Source: a bacterium (GTDB lineage: Bacteria > Zhuqueibacterota > QNDG01 > DTFT01). Taken from it: a DNA stretch of 64,000 bases. A model generated the notes under the pieces. The model worked only from the letters and a program-made list of their open reading frames with translations, was not told the DNA's origin and searched no databases. Shown piece after piece: positions 19,841-29,741 of this stretch. The DNA is taken from positions 7,234-71,233 of the forward strand of contig JAUCQC010000125.1 in the NCBI GenBank assembly GCA_030372965.1. The letters run 5' to 3'. The stretch's first letter is position 1. Each line of letters opens with the position of its first letter. The translations under genes were made by a program, and so were the position numbers.

Positions 19841-20383
19841 ATGGAACGGAAAAGCGGGGCCATCCGGATTCTCGTCATCAACGGCCCGAATCTCAATCTG
19901 CTCGGGGAACGGGAGCCCGGAGTGTACGGACGGAAAACCCTGCCGGAAATCCTTGAAGACATGCGCAGGCACTGCGGGGGTAAACCGGTGCGATTGCGGT
20001 TTTACCAGTCCAATCACGAGGGCGCGATCGTGGATTGCATCCACCGGAACCGGAAATGGGCGCACGGCATGGTGATCAATCCCGGCGCCCTCACCCATTA
20101 CAGTTATTCTCTCAGGGACGCCGTCGCCGCGGTAGGCATCCCCACGGTGGAAGTGCATCTTTCGGATATCCGGAAACGCGAGCCCTTCCGCCGGATTTCC
20201 GTCATCCGGCCCGTCTGCGTCGGCCAGATCTCCGGGAAGGGTCCGGCCGGGTATCTCGAGGGAATCGACCTTCTGATGAAAACCGTCTATCGCGACGGGT
20301 CCGGTCCCGGATCACGGTCGAACCGGAAAACGCGCCTGTCGGTCACCGCCACCCGGTTGAGGAACCCGCGGAAATCCGCGTAA
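19841..20383 (+). CDS. aroQ: Type II 3-dehydroquinate dehydratase
   Basis: IRILVINGPNLNLLGEREP is the type II DHQase signature. The C-terminal 25-30 aa tail may be run-on or extension. Confidence 0.85.
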   Translation: MERKSGAIRILVINGPNLNLLGEREPGVYGRKTLPEILEDMRRHCGGKPVRLRFYQSNHEGAIVDCIHRNRKWAHGMVINPGALTHYSYSLRDAVAAVGIPTVEVHLSDIRKREPFRRISVIRPVCVGQISGKGPAGYLEGIDLLMKTVYRDGSGPGSRSNRKTRLSVTATRLRNPRKSA

Positions 20384-22239
20384 TCAGCCGGTTCCACCAG
20401 AACGCCGGACAGGCTCACGGCCCGACTGTACCGCCATTCCTCTGAAGACAGTCTCTCCCACTGCCACACCGCGCGTCCCGCGACGCACGAGTCCTTCCAC
20501 GCGAACCCGGCCGGATCCGAATCGCCGGGGCCGCCGGTCACGGTCAGAAGGACCGTGTCCGCGACCGCCATCGGAAACGGAAGTGAAACGGGCCGGATCC
20601 GCGACGTATCCGCGAACGGCGCGTTCCAGTCATAGATCGCCATCGCCCCCGGTTGAAAGGATCCGTCATCCGGCATGACCGCGGCCGAGGAGAAAAACGC
20701 GCGGACGCGCAACGGTTGCTCCGGCGAATCCAGCGACTCCACGGAAGCGGAATCGCAGACCGCGCCGGGAAAACGTCCCAGAATCTGACCCGCCATCCAC
20801 TTCCGCACCCCATCCCCTTCCATGCGTCCGAACAGGCGCCGCATCTCCCCGGCCGGCGCGCCATTGAACGTCATGGCCACGGACCCCTTCCCTGTCCCGT
20901 CCGAATCCGCGGCCAGTTTCCAATGCCGGGTCACGCGGTGCCCGGACCGGTCCGGACCGGGTGTGCGGATAAAATGCGCTTTTCCGTCGCCTTTCAGAAC
21001 CAGCGCGAGAACATCACGGTCGACCCACGGCAGGTCCCCGAACGGGCAGGTCTTCTCCGTGGCGTCCATCCAGAGCAGGGCGCTGTCCGGGCCGACCGCG
21101 ACCGCCACCGCGTGGTTGAACTGCGCCGGAGAGACCAGGGTCGTGTCGAGGACGCCGCTGTCGGCTGTGGCCAGCAGGGCCGGGTACACGGTCCAGCCCG
21201 ACTCGCGGCCGGCCGCGGTGAGCAGAACCGTCATGTCCTTGCAGTCTCCGTACCGTCGCCGGAGCACGGATTCCGCGAAATGCGGCTGATACCCGCCGGC
21301 GCCGATCTCGACGGCCACGTACCGGATCCGGTCGCGCACAAACTCGAACAGCGGCTTCAATGTCCCGGCGGAATCCGGGGTGAGGAGCCGGACCAGTTCC
21401 CGGATGCCACGGCCGGCCGCCGCCCTCTCCTCAAAAAGCGGCTCCAGCCAGGCGGCCGCGTCGTCCCATGATTTCATTCCCGCGGGAGAGACGAGCATGC
21501 GCATGGGGCCCTCGCCGGCCGGCATGCCCGGTTCCGGCCTGTAGGGCGGCACCAGGGTAGCGCGCCAGACATGGTCGGCTTTCACCCCTTTGGCCGTCGC
21601 CTCCACCTCGGGCTGAACGTCGATGCCGTAGGCCTTCCAGCGGAGGGGCCAGTCCGAGGGACATCGGACCGTGAATGAGGAGGTTCCGACCGGCACGTCC
21701 GACTGAAAGTCCCAGCGGTTCCAGAACGTGAAATGGCCGACCGCGAGGCTCCATTCGATCTCCACGAAACAGCCGGGCTCCACGCCGGGCACCGTGAACC
21801 GCTTGGCCCGGGTGTCCGAAAAGAACACGTTTTCCGGATTGTGGTTCGTGTCGAACACTTCCGACGGTTCGAGCGTCAGGACGCGTCCGTCCGGGCACAG
21901 GGCGCGCGCCCTCAGGCCGGTGACCTCCGCCTCTCCGTCGTACGGCAGAATCACGTTGGCAAAGCGCAGACCCCGGTTGTCGAGGATGTGGATGACGGTC
22001 CTGCGGGAGTATTCGGAGAACGAATGCGATTCCCTGGGGTAGACGTCCACCCGGGCGTGATCCTCGAGGATCAGGGCGCCGCTTCCCGGAAACCGCTCTT
22101 TGAGCGATGCCGACGCGGAACGCCAGGCCTCCGGATCCGGATTCCTTGCCCACCGCCGTCCTCCGGCGCAGCCCGCGAACAGGAGAAGGGCCAGAAATGC
22201 CGCGGCCGCCGGCCCGAAGCCGGAAGGAAAACGCTTCAC
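20287..22239 (-). CDS. DUF3857 + transglutaminase-like domain lipoprotein
   Basis: GTG 22239 overlaps the ATPase stop (GTGA). A lipobox is present (FLALLLFAGC), and the TGase core YGDCKDMTVLL contains a Cys. The ORF-track N-terminal 435 aa is antisense run-on over the ATPase gene. Confidence 0.7.
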   Translation of the reverse strand: MKRFPSGFGPAAAAFLALLLFAGCAGGRRWARNPDPEAWRSASASLKERFPGSGALILEDHARVDVYPRESHSFSEYSRRTVIHILDNRGLRFANVILPYDGEAEVTGLRARALCPDGRVLTLEPSEVFDTNHNPENVFFSDTRAKRFTVPGVEPGCFVEIEWSLAVGHFTFWNRWDFQSDVPVGTSSFTVRCPSDWPLRWKAYGIDVQPEVEATAKGVKADHVWRATLVPPYRPEPGMPAGEGPMRMLVSPAGMKSWDDAAAWLEPLFEERAAAGRGIRELVRLLTPDSAGTLKPLFEFVRDRIRYVAVEIGAGGYQPHFAESVLRRRYGDCKDMTVLLTAAGRESGWTVYPALLATADSGVLDTTLVSPAQFNHAVAVAVGPDSALLWMDATEKTCPFGDLPWVDRDVLALVLKGDGKAHFIRTPGPDRSGHRVTRHWKLAADSDGTGKGSVAMTFNGAPAGEMRRLFGRMEGDGVRKWMAGQILGRFPGAVCDSASVESLDSPEQPLRVRAFFSSAAVMPDDGSFQPGAMAIYDWNAPFADTSRIRPVSLPFPMAVADTVLLTVTGGPGDSDPAGFAWKDSCVAGRAVWQWERLSSEEWRYSRAVSLSGVLVEPADYADFRGFLNRVAVTDRRVFRFDRDPGPDPSR

Positions 22240-24950
22240 GCCGCCTTCGCCGATATCTTTCCCTCCCGCCGGCGCTGCGCCCACTTCACGGCCTCCATGA
22301 GCCATAACGGCAGGGTCGACAGGAGGACGATCATGCCCCAGTCGATGAGGGTCAGAGAGGCGGTCTTGAACACGCGCTGGAGAAAGGGAATGGTCACGAC
22401 CGCGATCTGCAGGCCGAATGAAACCAGAACGGCCAGCACCAGCTTGGGATTGCTGAAAACGCCGATCGTGAACAGGGACTCCCGCTGATTCCTGCAGTTG
22501 AACGCGTGGAAGAGCTGGCTGACGGAGATCACGATGAAAGCGGCGGTTCTGGCCCTCTGGATGCCCTCGCCTTCCACGAACAGCACGAAAACAAAGGCGG
22601 CCAGCGAACAGGCGGCCAGCATGGCGCCCTGGAGCAGGATCCGCAGGGCATGGGACCGGGTCATCACGGGCTCGTCCGAGGGCCGCGGCGGCTGGCGCAT
22701 GAGGTTCCTGTCCGGGGGATCCACGCCGAGCGCCAGCGCCGGCAGCCCGTCGGTCACCAGGTTCATCCAGAGAATGTGGATCGGCAGGAGCGGCACCGGC
22801 ATGCCGGCCAGGGAGGCCAGAAACATGACGAGGATTTCGCCCGCGTTGCACGACAGCAGAAAGTGGATGAACTTCTTGATGTTGTCGTATATCCCCCGGC
22901 CTTCCTCGACCGCGGAGACAATGGAGGCGAAATTGTCGTCCGTGACGATCATGTCGGACACTTCCTTGGTCACATCCGTGCCGGTGATGCCCATGGCGAC
23001 CCCGATATCGGCCTCCTTCACCGCGGGCGCGTCGTTCACCCCGTCCCCGGTCATGGCCGTCACCTCTCCGTGCGAACGCCAGGCGCGGACGATCCGGAGC
23101 TTGTGTTCCGGCGATACGCGGGCGTACACCGACACGGAGCGCACCTGATTCCGGAACGTCTGCTCGTCCAGCCGGTCGAGCTCCTCCCCGGTGAGCGCCT
23201 TGGAATCGCCGTCGAAAAATCCCAGATGGGTCGCGATGGCGACAGCCGTGCTCCGGTGATCGCCGGTGATCATGACGGTGCGGATTCCGGCGGTCCGGCA
23301 CGCGGCGATGGCCTTTTTCGCCTCCTCGCGCGGCGGGTCGATCATGGCGGCAAGCCCCAGGAACGTGAGGTCGCGCTCGGTGCCGTCGGCCGTGTGCGGC
23401 CCCTGGGCCTTCCCCATTTCCCGGCGCGCGAAGGCCAGGACGCGCATCGCTTCGTTTCCGAACCGGTCGTTCGCGGCGCGGAGAGCCTCCCGGTCCGCGT
23501 CGGTCATGTCCCGTACGGTGTCGTCGATCAGGATGCGGGTGCACGCCGGAAAGACGGCGTCCGGCGCCCCTTTCACGAAAGCGGTGACCCCGGTGCCCTC
23601 ATGGCGCAGAACCGTCATGCGCTTGCGGTCCGAGTCGAAGGGGATCTCATCCGCGAACGGAAAATCCGCGTCGGTCTCCTCCTTGTGCATCCCGGCTTTC
23701 GCGGCAGCGGTGAGCAGCGCGCCCTCGGTCGGATCGCCGGCGACCGTCATCTGGCTCTCCGCCCGGACCAGCCTGGCGCCGTTGCACAGCACGCCGCACA
23801 GCAGGGTCTGCTGGAGCGCGGCGTGGCCGCCGAGGTCCCGGACGGTTTCCGCGTCCAGCTGAATCTCCCCGTCGGGTTCATACCCGATGCCCGTCACGCG
23901 GTAGGTCCTGCCGCCCGCGTACAGGAACTGGACGGTCATCTCGTTTTTCGTGAGTGTGCCCGTCTTGTCCGAGCTGATCACGGTGGCGCACCCCAGGGTT
24001 TCCACGGACGGCAGTTTGCGTATCAGGGCGTTGCGCCTGACCATGCGCTGGACGCCGAGCGCCAGGGCGATGGTCACCACGGCCGGTAGTCCCTCGGGGA
24101 TGGCGGCCACGGCCAGGCTCACCGACGTGAGGAATATTTCGATCAGGCGGCCTCCCCTGAGCCATTCCATCAGGAACACCAGGCCGACCAGGCCGAAGCA
24201 GAGCAGAACCAGCCATTTCCCGAACTGTTCGAGTTTTCTCTGAAGCGGCGTGGTTTCCTGCGGAATCGCCTGGATCATGTCCGCGATGCGGCCCAGTTCC
24301 GTGGACATTCCCGTGGAGAGGATGACGGCCCTCGCCTTGCCCGCCACGACCGAGGTTCCCATGAAGGCCATGTTGATCCGGTCGCCCAGCGGCAGGTCTT
24401 CCTTGAGAATGGCCTCGGACTTCTTCTCAACAGCCTCGGATTCGCCCGTCAGACTGGCTTCCTGAACCGCGAAATTGGCGCTGTGCCACGAGATCCGGCA
24501 GTCCGCGGGCACGTTGTCCCCGGCTTCGATTTCGACCAGGTCGCCCGGAACCAGATCCGCGGACGGAATCATCATGCGGCGGCCGTCCCGGATGACCTTC
24601 GAAGACGGATTGGACATCCGCTTGAGCGCGGCGAGCGATTTTTCCGCCCGATAGGTCTGAATGAATCCCATGATCGCGTTGAGTAGGACAATGACCAGAA
24701 TGGCCACCGTGTCCACCCACTCGCGGAGAAAACCGGAGACCAGGGCCGCTCCGATCAGCACCCAGATCATGAAATCCCTGAACTGGTCGAGAAACAGGAA
24801 GAAGGGATGCTTGCCTTTTTTCTCGCGGAGCTGGTTCGGGCCGTGTTCGGACAGCCTCCGCTTCGCCTCCTGTTCCGTCAGTCCGCTTTGAACATCCGTT
24901 TTCAGGATTCTGCCGAGTTCATCGACGCCGATCTGCCACCATCGTGTCAC
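22236..24950 (-). CDS. P-type ATPase, Ca2+-transporting (type IIA/IIB)
   Basis: The phosphorylation motif DKTGTLT, TGES, GDGVNDAPA and 10 TM helices are present, with overall SERCA/PMCA-like similarity. GTG start 24950 has GAAAGGA upstream. Confidence 0.9.
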   Translation of the reverse strand: MTRWWQIGVDELGRILKTDVQSGLTEQEAKRRLSEHGPNQLREKKGKHPFFLFLDQFRDFMIWVLIGAALVSGFLREWVDTVAILVIVLLNAIMGFIQTYRAEKSLAALKRMSNPSSKVIRDGRRMMIPSADLVPGDLVEIEAGDNVPADCRISWHSANFAVQEASLTGESEAVEKKSEAILKEDLPLGDRINMAFMGTSVVAGKARAVILSTGMSTELGRIADMIQAIPQETTPLQRKLEQFGKWLVLLCFGLVGLVFLMEWLRGGRLIEIFLTSVSLAVAAIPEGLPAVVTIALALGVQRMVRRNALIRKLPSVETLGCATVISSDKTGTLTKNEMTVQFLYAGGRTYRVTGIGYEPDGEIQLDAETVRDLGGHAALQQTLLCGVLCNGARLVRAESQMTVAGDPTEGALLTAAAKAGMHKEETDADFPFADEIPFDSDRKRMTVLRHEGTGVTAFVKGAPDAVFPACTRILIDDTVRDMTDADREALRAANDRFGNEAMRVLAFARREMGKAQGPHTADGTERDLTFLGLAAMIDPPREEAKKAIAACRTAGIRTVMITGDHRSTAVAIATHLGFFDGDSKALTGEELDRLDEQTFRNQVRSVSVYARVSPEHKLRIVRAWRSHGEVTAMTGDGVNDAPAVKEADIGVAMGITGTDVTKEVSDMIVTDDNFASIVSAVEEGRGIYDNIKKFIHFLLSCNAGEILVMFLASLAGMPVPLLPIHILWMNLVTDGLPALALGVDPPDRNLMRQPPRPSDEPVMTRSHALRILLQGAMLAACSLAAFVFVLFVEGEGIQRARTAAFIVISVSQLFHAFNCRNQRESLFTIGVFSNPKLVLAVLVSFGLQIAVVTIPFLQRVFKTASLTLIDWGMIVLLSTLPLWLMEAVKWAQRRREGKISAKAA

Positions 24951-25218
24951 GTGAATTTCCTTTCTTTTGCGGAACCAACGGGAGAAGCCCGCTTTACAGC
25001 GGCTGTCTAACGATGTTATCCGACACTGCTGCGGAGGATACGGGACAATGGAACACGGCCGTGACGCGTGCCGCTCCGAATCGGGTATCCGGATCCTTCA
25101 GAAGGTTCTGGTTTGAGCGAAAACGACGGGAAAATCATAAATAAAAGGACGACCCGATTTCCCGATGATTTCCGCGGTCCGTATCCGTCAGTACATCCGG
25201 TTTACTTGGCCTGGAACC

Positions 25219-25240
25219 GTGTATGAAGCATGTCATACAC
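25219..25240. promoter_or_regulatory. Perfect 8-bp inverted repeat (GTGTATGA-N6-TCATACAC) in 600-nt divergent intergenic region
   Basis: The repeat was seen directly in the sequence between the ATPase and GH20 genes. It is a candidate operator. Confidence 0.25.
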
Positions 25241-25558
25241 AATCGGCCGGCCATTTCTTGCCGATTGCGTCCCTGCGACACCCTGATTTTTCCACCCTGA
25301 CCGACTGCCTGCCTGAGGCTTCCGTCCCTTCCGAAAGTCTGTGTCCTATCCACGGATTAATTTATGAAAATCGAATCATGAAAACAAATGAAACCGGAGA
25401 AACAAATCCCTTGATTTGCTTGAAAAGGCTCGCCAAATTGCCGTGTCCGGGCGGCATCAACCGGAACCGGGATTTTTCCCGGATTGAATTTCCGGTCGCA
25501 AGCGTCACCATGCCGAACGATGATCCGTAGCTTGTTGAAGTCCAACCCCGGAGGCCGT

Positions 25559-27595
25559 ATGCGTTGGAACGCATTCTGCATGACCGCCCTATTGTCAGGA
25601 GCGCCTATGCTGACCGGAGGACAAACCCCGGCGCGAATCGACTGGATGCCGGTTCCGGCCGAAGTCCGTGTGCGCACGGGCCGTTTCAGCCTCGATTCCT
25701 CTTTCGCCGTCACAATCGAAGGCGCCGCCACGGACCGCTTGTCCAGGGCCTGTGTGCGGCTGATGCGCCGCATATCCGACAGGACCGGGCTCTTCTTCGA
25801 ACGGGAGTCGGCGACCGGAGCCCTTCCCCTGAGCGCTCCGGGCATGACGGTGGCCGCCGGCCGCGAGGGCCGTGTCGCGCTCGGTGAGGACGAGAGCTAC
25901 TCCCTGGAGATCTCGGCGGACGGAATACGCCTTTCCGCGGTCACGGATATCGGGTGTCTCCGCGGCATGGAAACGGTGTTCCAGCTGCTGAACGCGGATG
26001 CGGACGCATCCGGCTACGGCTTCCCCTGCCTGACCGTCCGGGACAGGCCGCGTTTTCAATGGCGGGGTCTTCTGATCGACGCGTCCCGTCATTTCATGCC
26101 GCCGGACGTGATTTACCGGAATCTGGACGGCATGGCCGCGGTCAAACTCAATGTTCTGCACTGGCATCTTTCCGACGATCAGGGATTCCGCGTCGAATCC
26201 AGGACATTTCCGAAACTGCACGGCCTTGGATCGGACGGTCTTTTTTATTCCCAGGAGGAAATCCGAAGAATCGTCGCGTACGCCTCGGACCGGGGCATCA
26301 GGGTCGTGCCGGAATTCGACATGCCCGGGCACGTGACGAGCTGGCTGGCGGGATACCCGGAACTCACGCACCGCCCTGGCCCTTTCCGCATCGAGCGGAG
26401 GTGGGGGGTCTGGTCCCCGGCCATGGATCCGACACGCAAATCGACCTACCGTTTTCTGGAGCGGTTCATCGGGGAAATGACGGGGCTGTTTCCGGATGAA
26501 TACTTCCACATCGGGGGCGATGAAGTCGAGGGGAAACCCTGGATGGAGGACCCGGACATCCTCGCCTACATGAAAAAACACGGCCTGCCGGACGCGGCCG
26601 GCCTGCAGACCCATTTCACGCTCCGTGTGCAGAAGATACTCGCCTCCCATCGCAGGAAAATGGTCGGATGGGACGAGATCCTGACGCCGGGCCTGTTGTC
26701 CGGCGCAGTCATCCAGTCGTGGCGCGGCCGTGAGGCGCTCGTGGAGGCGGCGTCCAGGGGCATGGGCGCCATTCTGTCGAACGGGTACTACATCGATCTG
26801 GTCCAGCCCTCGGCCTTTCACTACCTCAACGATCCCCTGACTCCGGACATGAACCTGTCAGAGGCCGAAGCCGCGAACGTACTGGGAGGCGAGGCCACGA
26901 TGTGGGCGGAACTCGTGACCGCCGAGACCGTGGATTCGAGGATATGGCCGCGCGCAGCGGCCATCGCGGAAAGACTCTGGTCCCCGGCGGATGTCCGGGA
27001 TATCGGGGACATGCACCGCAGGCTCCGCTCCGTGAGCCTGTCGCTGGAACAGGCCGGATTGACGCATATCCGGAACCGGGGCGTCCTGATGCGCAGGCTG
27101 GCCGAGGGCGCGGACACCGGGCCCCTGGAAACCCTCCTGTCCGCGGTCGAGCCCGTGAAGAACTACCGCCGTCATTCCATGCGGCCGTTCACCACCTTTT
27201 CCCCGCTCACCCGGATCGCGGACGCCGCGGTTCCGGATGCGGAAGACGGCCTTCTATTCCGGTCACTCGTGGAATCCTGGCTGACCGAAAGCGGTGCGGA
27301 TTCCGGCGCGGAAGCGATACGAAGGCAGCTCATTCTGTGGCGGGACAATCATGAAGCCATGCTCCCCCTGATCCGGCGGTCCCCCATGCTGGCTGAAATC
27401 GAATCCCTTTCCTCGGATCTCTCGGAAGCTGCGGAATTCGGCCTGCAGGCCGTGGACTTCCGGCTGTCCGGCAGGCCGCCGGAAAAGGAATGGACGGACC
27501 GAATCCTGCTTCGTCTTGGGGAAATGGCCGAACCGAGGGCCGAGGTGGAACTGGCTGTTCTGGAAGCGATCCGGAAGCTGGCCGTTCAGCCGTGA
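25559..27595 (+). CDS. Glycoside hydrolase family 20 beta-N-acetylhexosaminidase, secreted
   Basis: ATG 25559 follows a GGAGG RBS and opens a signal peptide (MRWNAFCMTALLSGAPMLTG). The protein carries HWHLSDDQGFR and FHIGGDEV (GH20 catalytic D-E). Confidence 0.85.
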   Translation: MRWNAFCMTALLSGAPMLTGGQTPARIDWMPVPAEVRVRTGRFSLDSSFAVTIEGAATDRLSRACVRLMRRISDRTGLFFERESATGALPLSAPGMTVAAGREGRVALGEDESYSLEISADGIRLSAVTDIGCLRGMETVFQLLNADADASGYGFPCLTVRDRPRFQWRGLLIDASRHFMPPDVIYRNLDGMAAVKLNVLHWHLSDDQGFRVESRTFPKLHGLGSDGLFYSQEEIRRIVAYASDRGIRVVPEFDMPGHVTSWLAGYPELTHRPGPFRIERRWGVWSPAMDPTRKSTYRFLERFIGEMTGLFPDEYFHIGGDEVEGKPWMEDPDILAYMKKHGLPDAAGLQTHFTLRVQKILASHRRKMVGWDEILTPGLLSGAVIQSWRGREALVEAASRGMGAILSNGYYIDLVQPSAFHYLNDPLTPDMNLSEAEAANVLGGEATMWAELVTAETVDSRIWPRAAAIAERLWSPADVRDIGDMHRRLRSVSLSLEQAGLTHIRNRGVLMRRLAEGADTGPLETLLSAVEPVKNYRRHSMRPFTTFSPLTRIADAAVPDAEDGLLFRSLVESWLTESGADSGAEAIRRQLILWRDNHEAMLPLIRRSPMLAEIESLSSDLSEAAEFGLQAVDFRLSGRPPEKEWTDRILLRLGEMAEPRAEVELAVLEAIRKLAVQP

Positions 27596-28512
27596 GCGGT
27601 CCGAACGAAAATAATCGGGTTTTCTGGATTGTTCATGCCGGCGGCCTGGGGGACTGGATACTGACCTGGCCCGTGATCCAGACTCTGCGAAGACAAAATC
27701 CGGAAACAACCTGGGTCGGAATCGGAAAACCGGACTTCATGCGCCTGGCGGTCCGTTTCGGCATTTTGGACGGATGGATGGACGGTCTGACCAGAGGCTG
27801 GATCCCGTTTTTTGACGGCACCGGTTACCCGGATGGAGTCAGTCCGCCGGACGGGGCTGTTGTTTGGATGCAGGAAGATTCAGGACCCGTTCGCCTTTTC
27901 AGACGGAATCCAGGGATGCCACTGGCGGTTGTGGATCCCATCCCTGAGGACCCGAAAAACCATATCTCTCGCATCTACGCAGATAGCATCTCCCGCCAGA
28001 CAGACTGGTCCGGACTGGAAAATCTGTTCGCTGGATTTCCGGCACACGTTCCTGCCAGCCATTACAGCCTCATACACCCGGGCAGCGGCGGAGCACATAA
28101 ATGCCTGGAACCGGGTTTTTATTCCGGACTTTCCAGGCTGTTGCTCTCCCATGGATTCGAAAAAACCGCCTACATTCTGGGGCCCGCTGAAATAGAGAGG
28201 GGCCTGGGGGAGCGTTTCGCGAACCTGGAATGGATACGCCCGGATTCGGTTACCGGGCTGGCGGACTGGCTTTCCAACGCGGCCCTGTACATCGGCAACG
28301 ATTCCGGAGTCAGCCATCTGTCCGCGTTCATGGGAATACCGAGCATTGTTCTCTACACAGTCACGGACCCGGCCGTCTGGGGCGCGAACGGACGGCGCGT
28401 TCTCCGGATCCGGGCCGGCGATCCGTCTGAAGCGGAACGCGGCATCGCCGAGGCTCTGGATTCGGGATTCGCGGAAGAATCCTTCACAGAAGAAACACGT
28501 TTTTCTCCCTGA
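27592..28512 (+). CDS. Glycosyltransferase family 9 (LPS heptosyltransferase-like)
   Basis: GTG 27592 overlaps the GH20 stop (GTGA). HAGGLGDWILTWPVIQTL is typical of the GT9 N-terminus, and GNDSGVSHLSA is the GT9 C-terminal motif. Confidence 0.75.
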   Translation: MSGPNENNRVFWIVHAGGLGDWILTWPVIQTLRRQNPETTWVGIGKPDFMRLAVRFGILDGWMDGLTRGWIPFFDGTGYPDGVSPPDGAVVWMQEDSGPVRLFRRNPGMPLAVVDPIPEDPKNHISRIYADSISRQTDWSGLENLFAGFPAHVPASHYSLIHPGSGGAHKCLEPGFYSGLSRLLLSHGFEKTAYILGPAEIERGLGERFANLEWIRPDSVTGLADWLSNAALYIGNDSGVSHLSAFMGIPSIVLYTVTDPAVWGANGRRVLRIRAGDPSEAERGIAEALDSGFAEESFTEETRFSP

Positions 28513-29524
28513 ACGACTGCGCCATTTCCTCGGGCCATACTCCCGACTGGATCTCGCCGATGTGGGCCTTGCGGAGAAAAAGCATGCAGAGTCTGGACTG
28601 GCCGATTCCGCCTCCGATGGTCTGGGGCAGGCGGCCCTCCATCAGGCTGCGGTGGTATTCCCGCCCCAGTTTATCCGTCTCTCCCTTCATCTCCAGCTGG
28701 CGCACCAGCGCCTCCCGGTCTACGCGTATGCCCATGGAAGACAGCTCGAAGGCGCAGTCCAACAGCGGGTAATGCACCAGGATGTCGCCGTTCAGCCCGT
28801 GACGGCCGGGCCCGGTTTCGGTGGACCAGTCGTCGTAATCCGCGGCGCGCGTGTCATGGGGCGTTCCGTTCCGGAGGGGCCATCCGAGCCCGATGACGAA
28901 TACCGCCCCCTTCTCGCGCGTGACCCGGGCCTCCCTTTCCCGGGGGGTCAGCCCCGGCCACGCCGTTTCGAGCTCCTCGCTGTGGACGAAATGAATCGCG
29001 TCGGGAAGCATCGGGCCCGGTAGCGCGGGAAACGTGCGGCACACGAGCCGTTCCGTGTCCCGTATCGCGCCGTAAATGATCCGAACGGTTTCCATCAGGG
29101 TGTTCAGGCCGCGCTCTCCGGGACGGAGGATGCGCTCCCAGTCCCACTGGTCGACGTACACGGAATGGAGATTGTCGAGCGCTTCGTCCGGCCGTATGGC
29201 GTTCATGTCCGTGTACAGCCCCTCGCCCGGGGTGAAACCGTAGTCGGCCAGCGCCTTCCGTTTCCATTTGGCGAGCGACTGCACCACCTCCGCCTCCTCT
29301 CCCAGATGACGGATCAGGAAACGGACGGGCCTCTCGCTTCCCGAAAGGTGATCGTTCAGTCCGGTCCGGCCGAGCACGAAAAGGGGCGCGGAAACCCGCG
29401 ACAGATTGAGGGCCTCCGACAGGCGGGTCTGGAAGGCGTTTTTGATGAAATGGATTGCTTTTTCGGTTTCCCGGAGGTTCAGCGCCTGCCGGTAGTCCTC
29501 GGGGAATATGGATTCTCGTTTCAT
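28484..29524 (-). CDS. asnA: Aspartate--ammonia ligase (asparagine synthetase A)
   Basis: It is near-colinear with E. coli AsnA, sharing HSVYVDQWDWER, DYDDWST, GLNGDILV and GGGIGQSRL. Confidence 0.9.
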   Translation of the reverse strand: MKRESIFPEDYRQALNLRETEKAIHFIKNAFQTRLSEALNLSRVSAPLFVLGRTGLNDHLSGSERPVRFLIRHLGEEAEVVQSLAKWKRKALADYGFTPGEGLYTDMNAIRPDEALDNLHSVYVDQWDWERILRPGERGLNTLMETVRIIYGAIRDTERLVCRTFPALPGPMLPDAIHFVHSEELETAWPGLTPREREARVTREKGAVFVIGLGWPLRNGTPHDTRAADYDDWSTETGPGRHGLNGDILVHYPLLDCAFELSSMGIRVDREALVRQLEMKGETDKLGREYHRSLMEGRLPQTIGGGIGQSRLCMLFLRKAHIGEIQSGVWPEEMAQSFREKNVFLL

Positions 29525-29565
29525 GGGCCTCTCCTGCCGTGGTCGGGGTCCGTAAAAGAAGGGAT

Positions 29566-29594
29566 ATTTTAGTCATTCTGAGAGGCCAAATCAA
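29566..29594 (-). promoter_or_regulatory. Candidate promoter of asnA (TTGATT-17-TAAAAT on minus strand)
   Basis: The hexamers were read on the reverse complement. An AGGAG RBS lies 6 nt before the ATG. Confidence 0.4.
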
Positions 29595-29741
29595 GGGGAA
29601 ACATCTCTCTTCCGGAAAAAAAGGATTGGCGTGCCGCGGTTTTTGTGTTATATTTGATTTCATGGGGAGGCTGTCCCCTGAAATTGCGGTTTTTCCCGAA
29701 CATCAACCCTGTTCCCATATCCTGAGGAAGGAAGCACGGTC

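Noticed and set aside
20290-20383. C-terminal ~28-aa tail of type II dehydroquinase overlapping the convergent TGase-like gene
   Set aside because: Typical AroQ ends near ...GYLEGIDLLMK. The tail may be genuine or a late stop. There is no evidence for a separate feature.
25060-25500. Possible tmRNA (ssrA): TTCTGGTTTGAGCGAAAACGACGGG resembles the conserved tmRNA 5' region, and a ...CGTCACCA 3' end lies downstream
   Set aside because: No reading frame yields an alanine-rich tag peptide ending in AA-stop. No GGTTCGAATCC-type T-arm is present. Acceptor-stem pairing is imperfect and spans about 430 nt. Judged a chance resemblance; an Rfam tmRNA scan would settle it.
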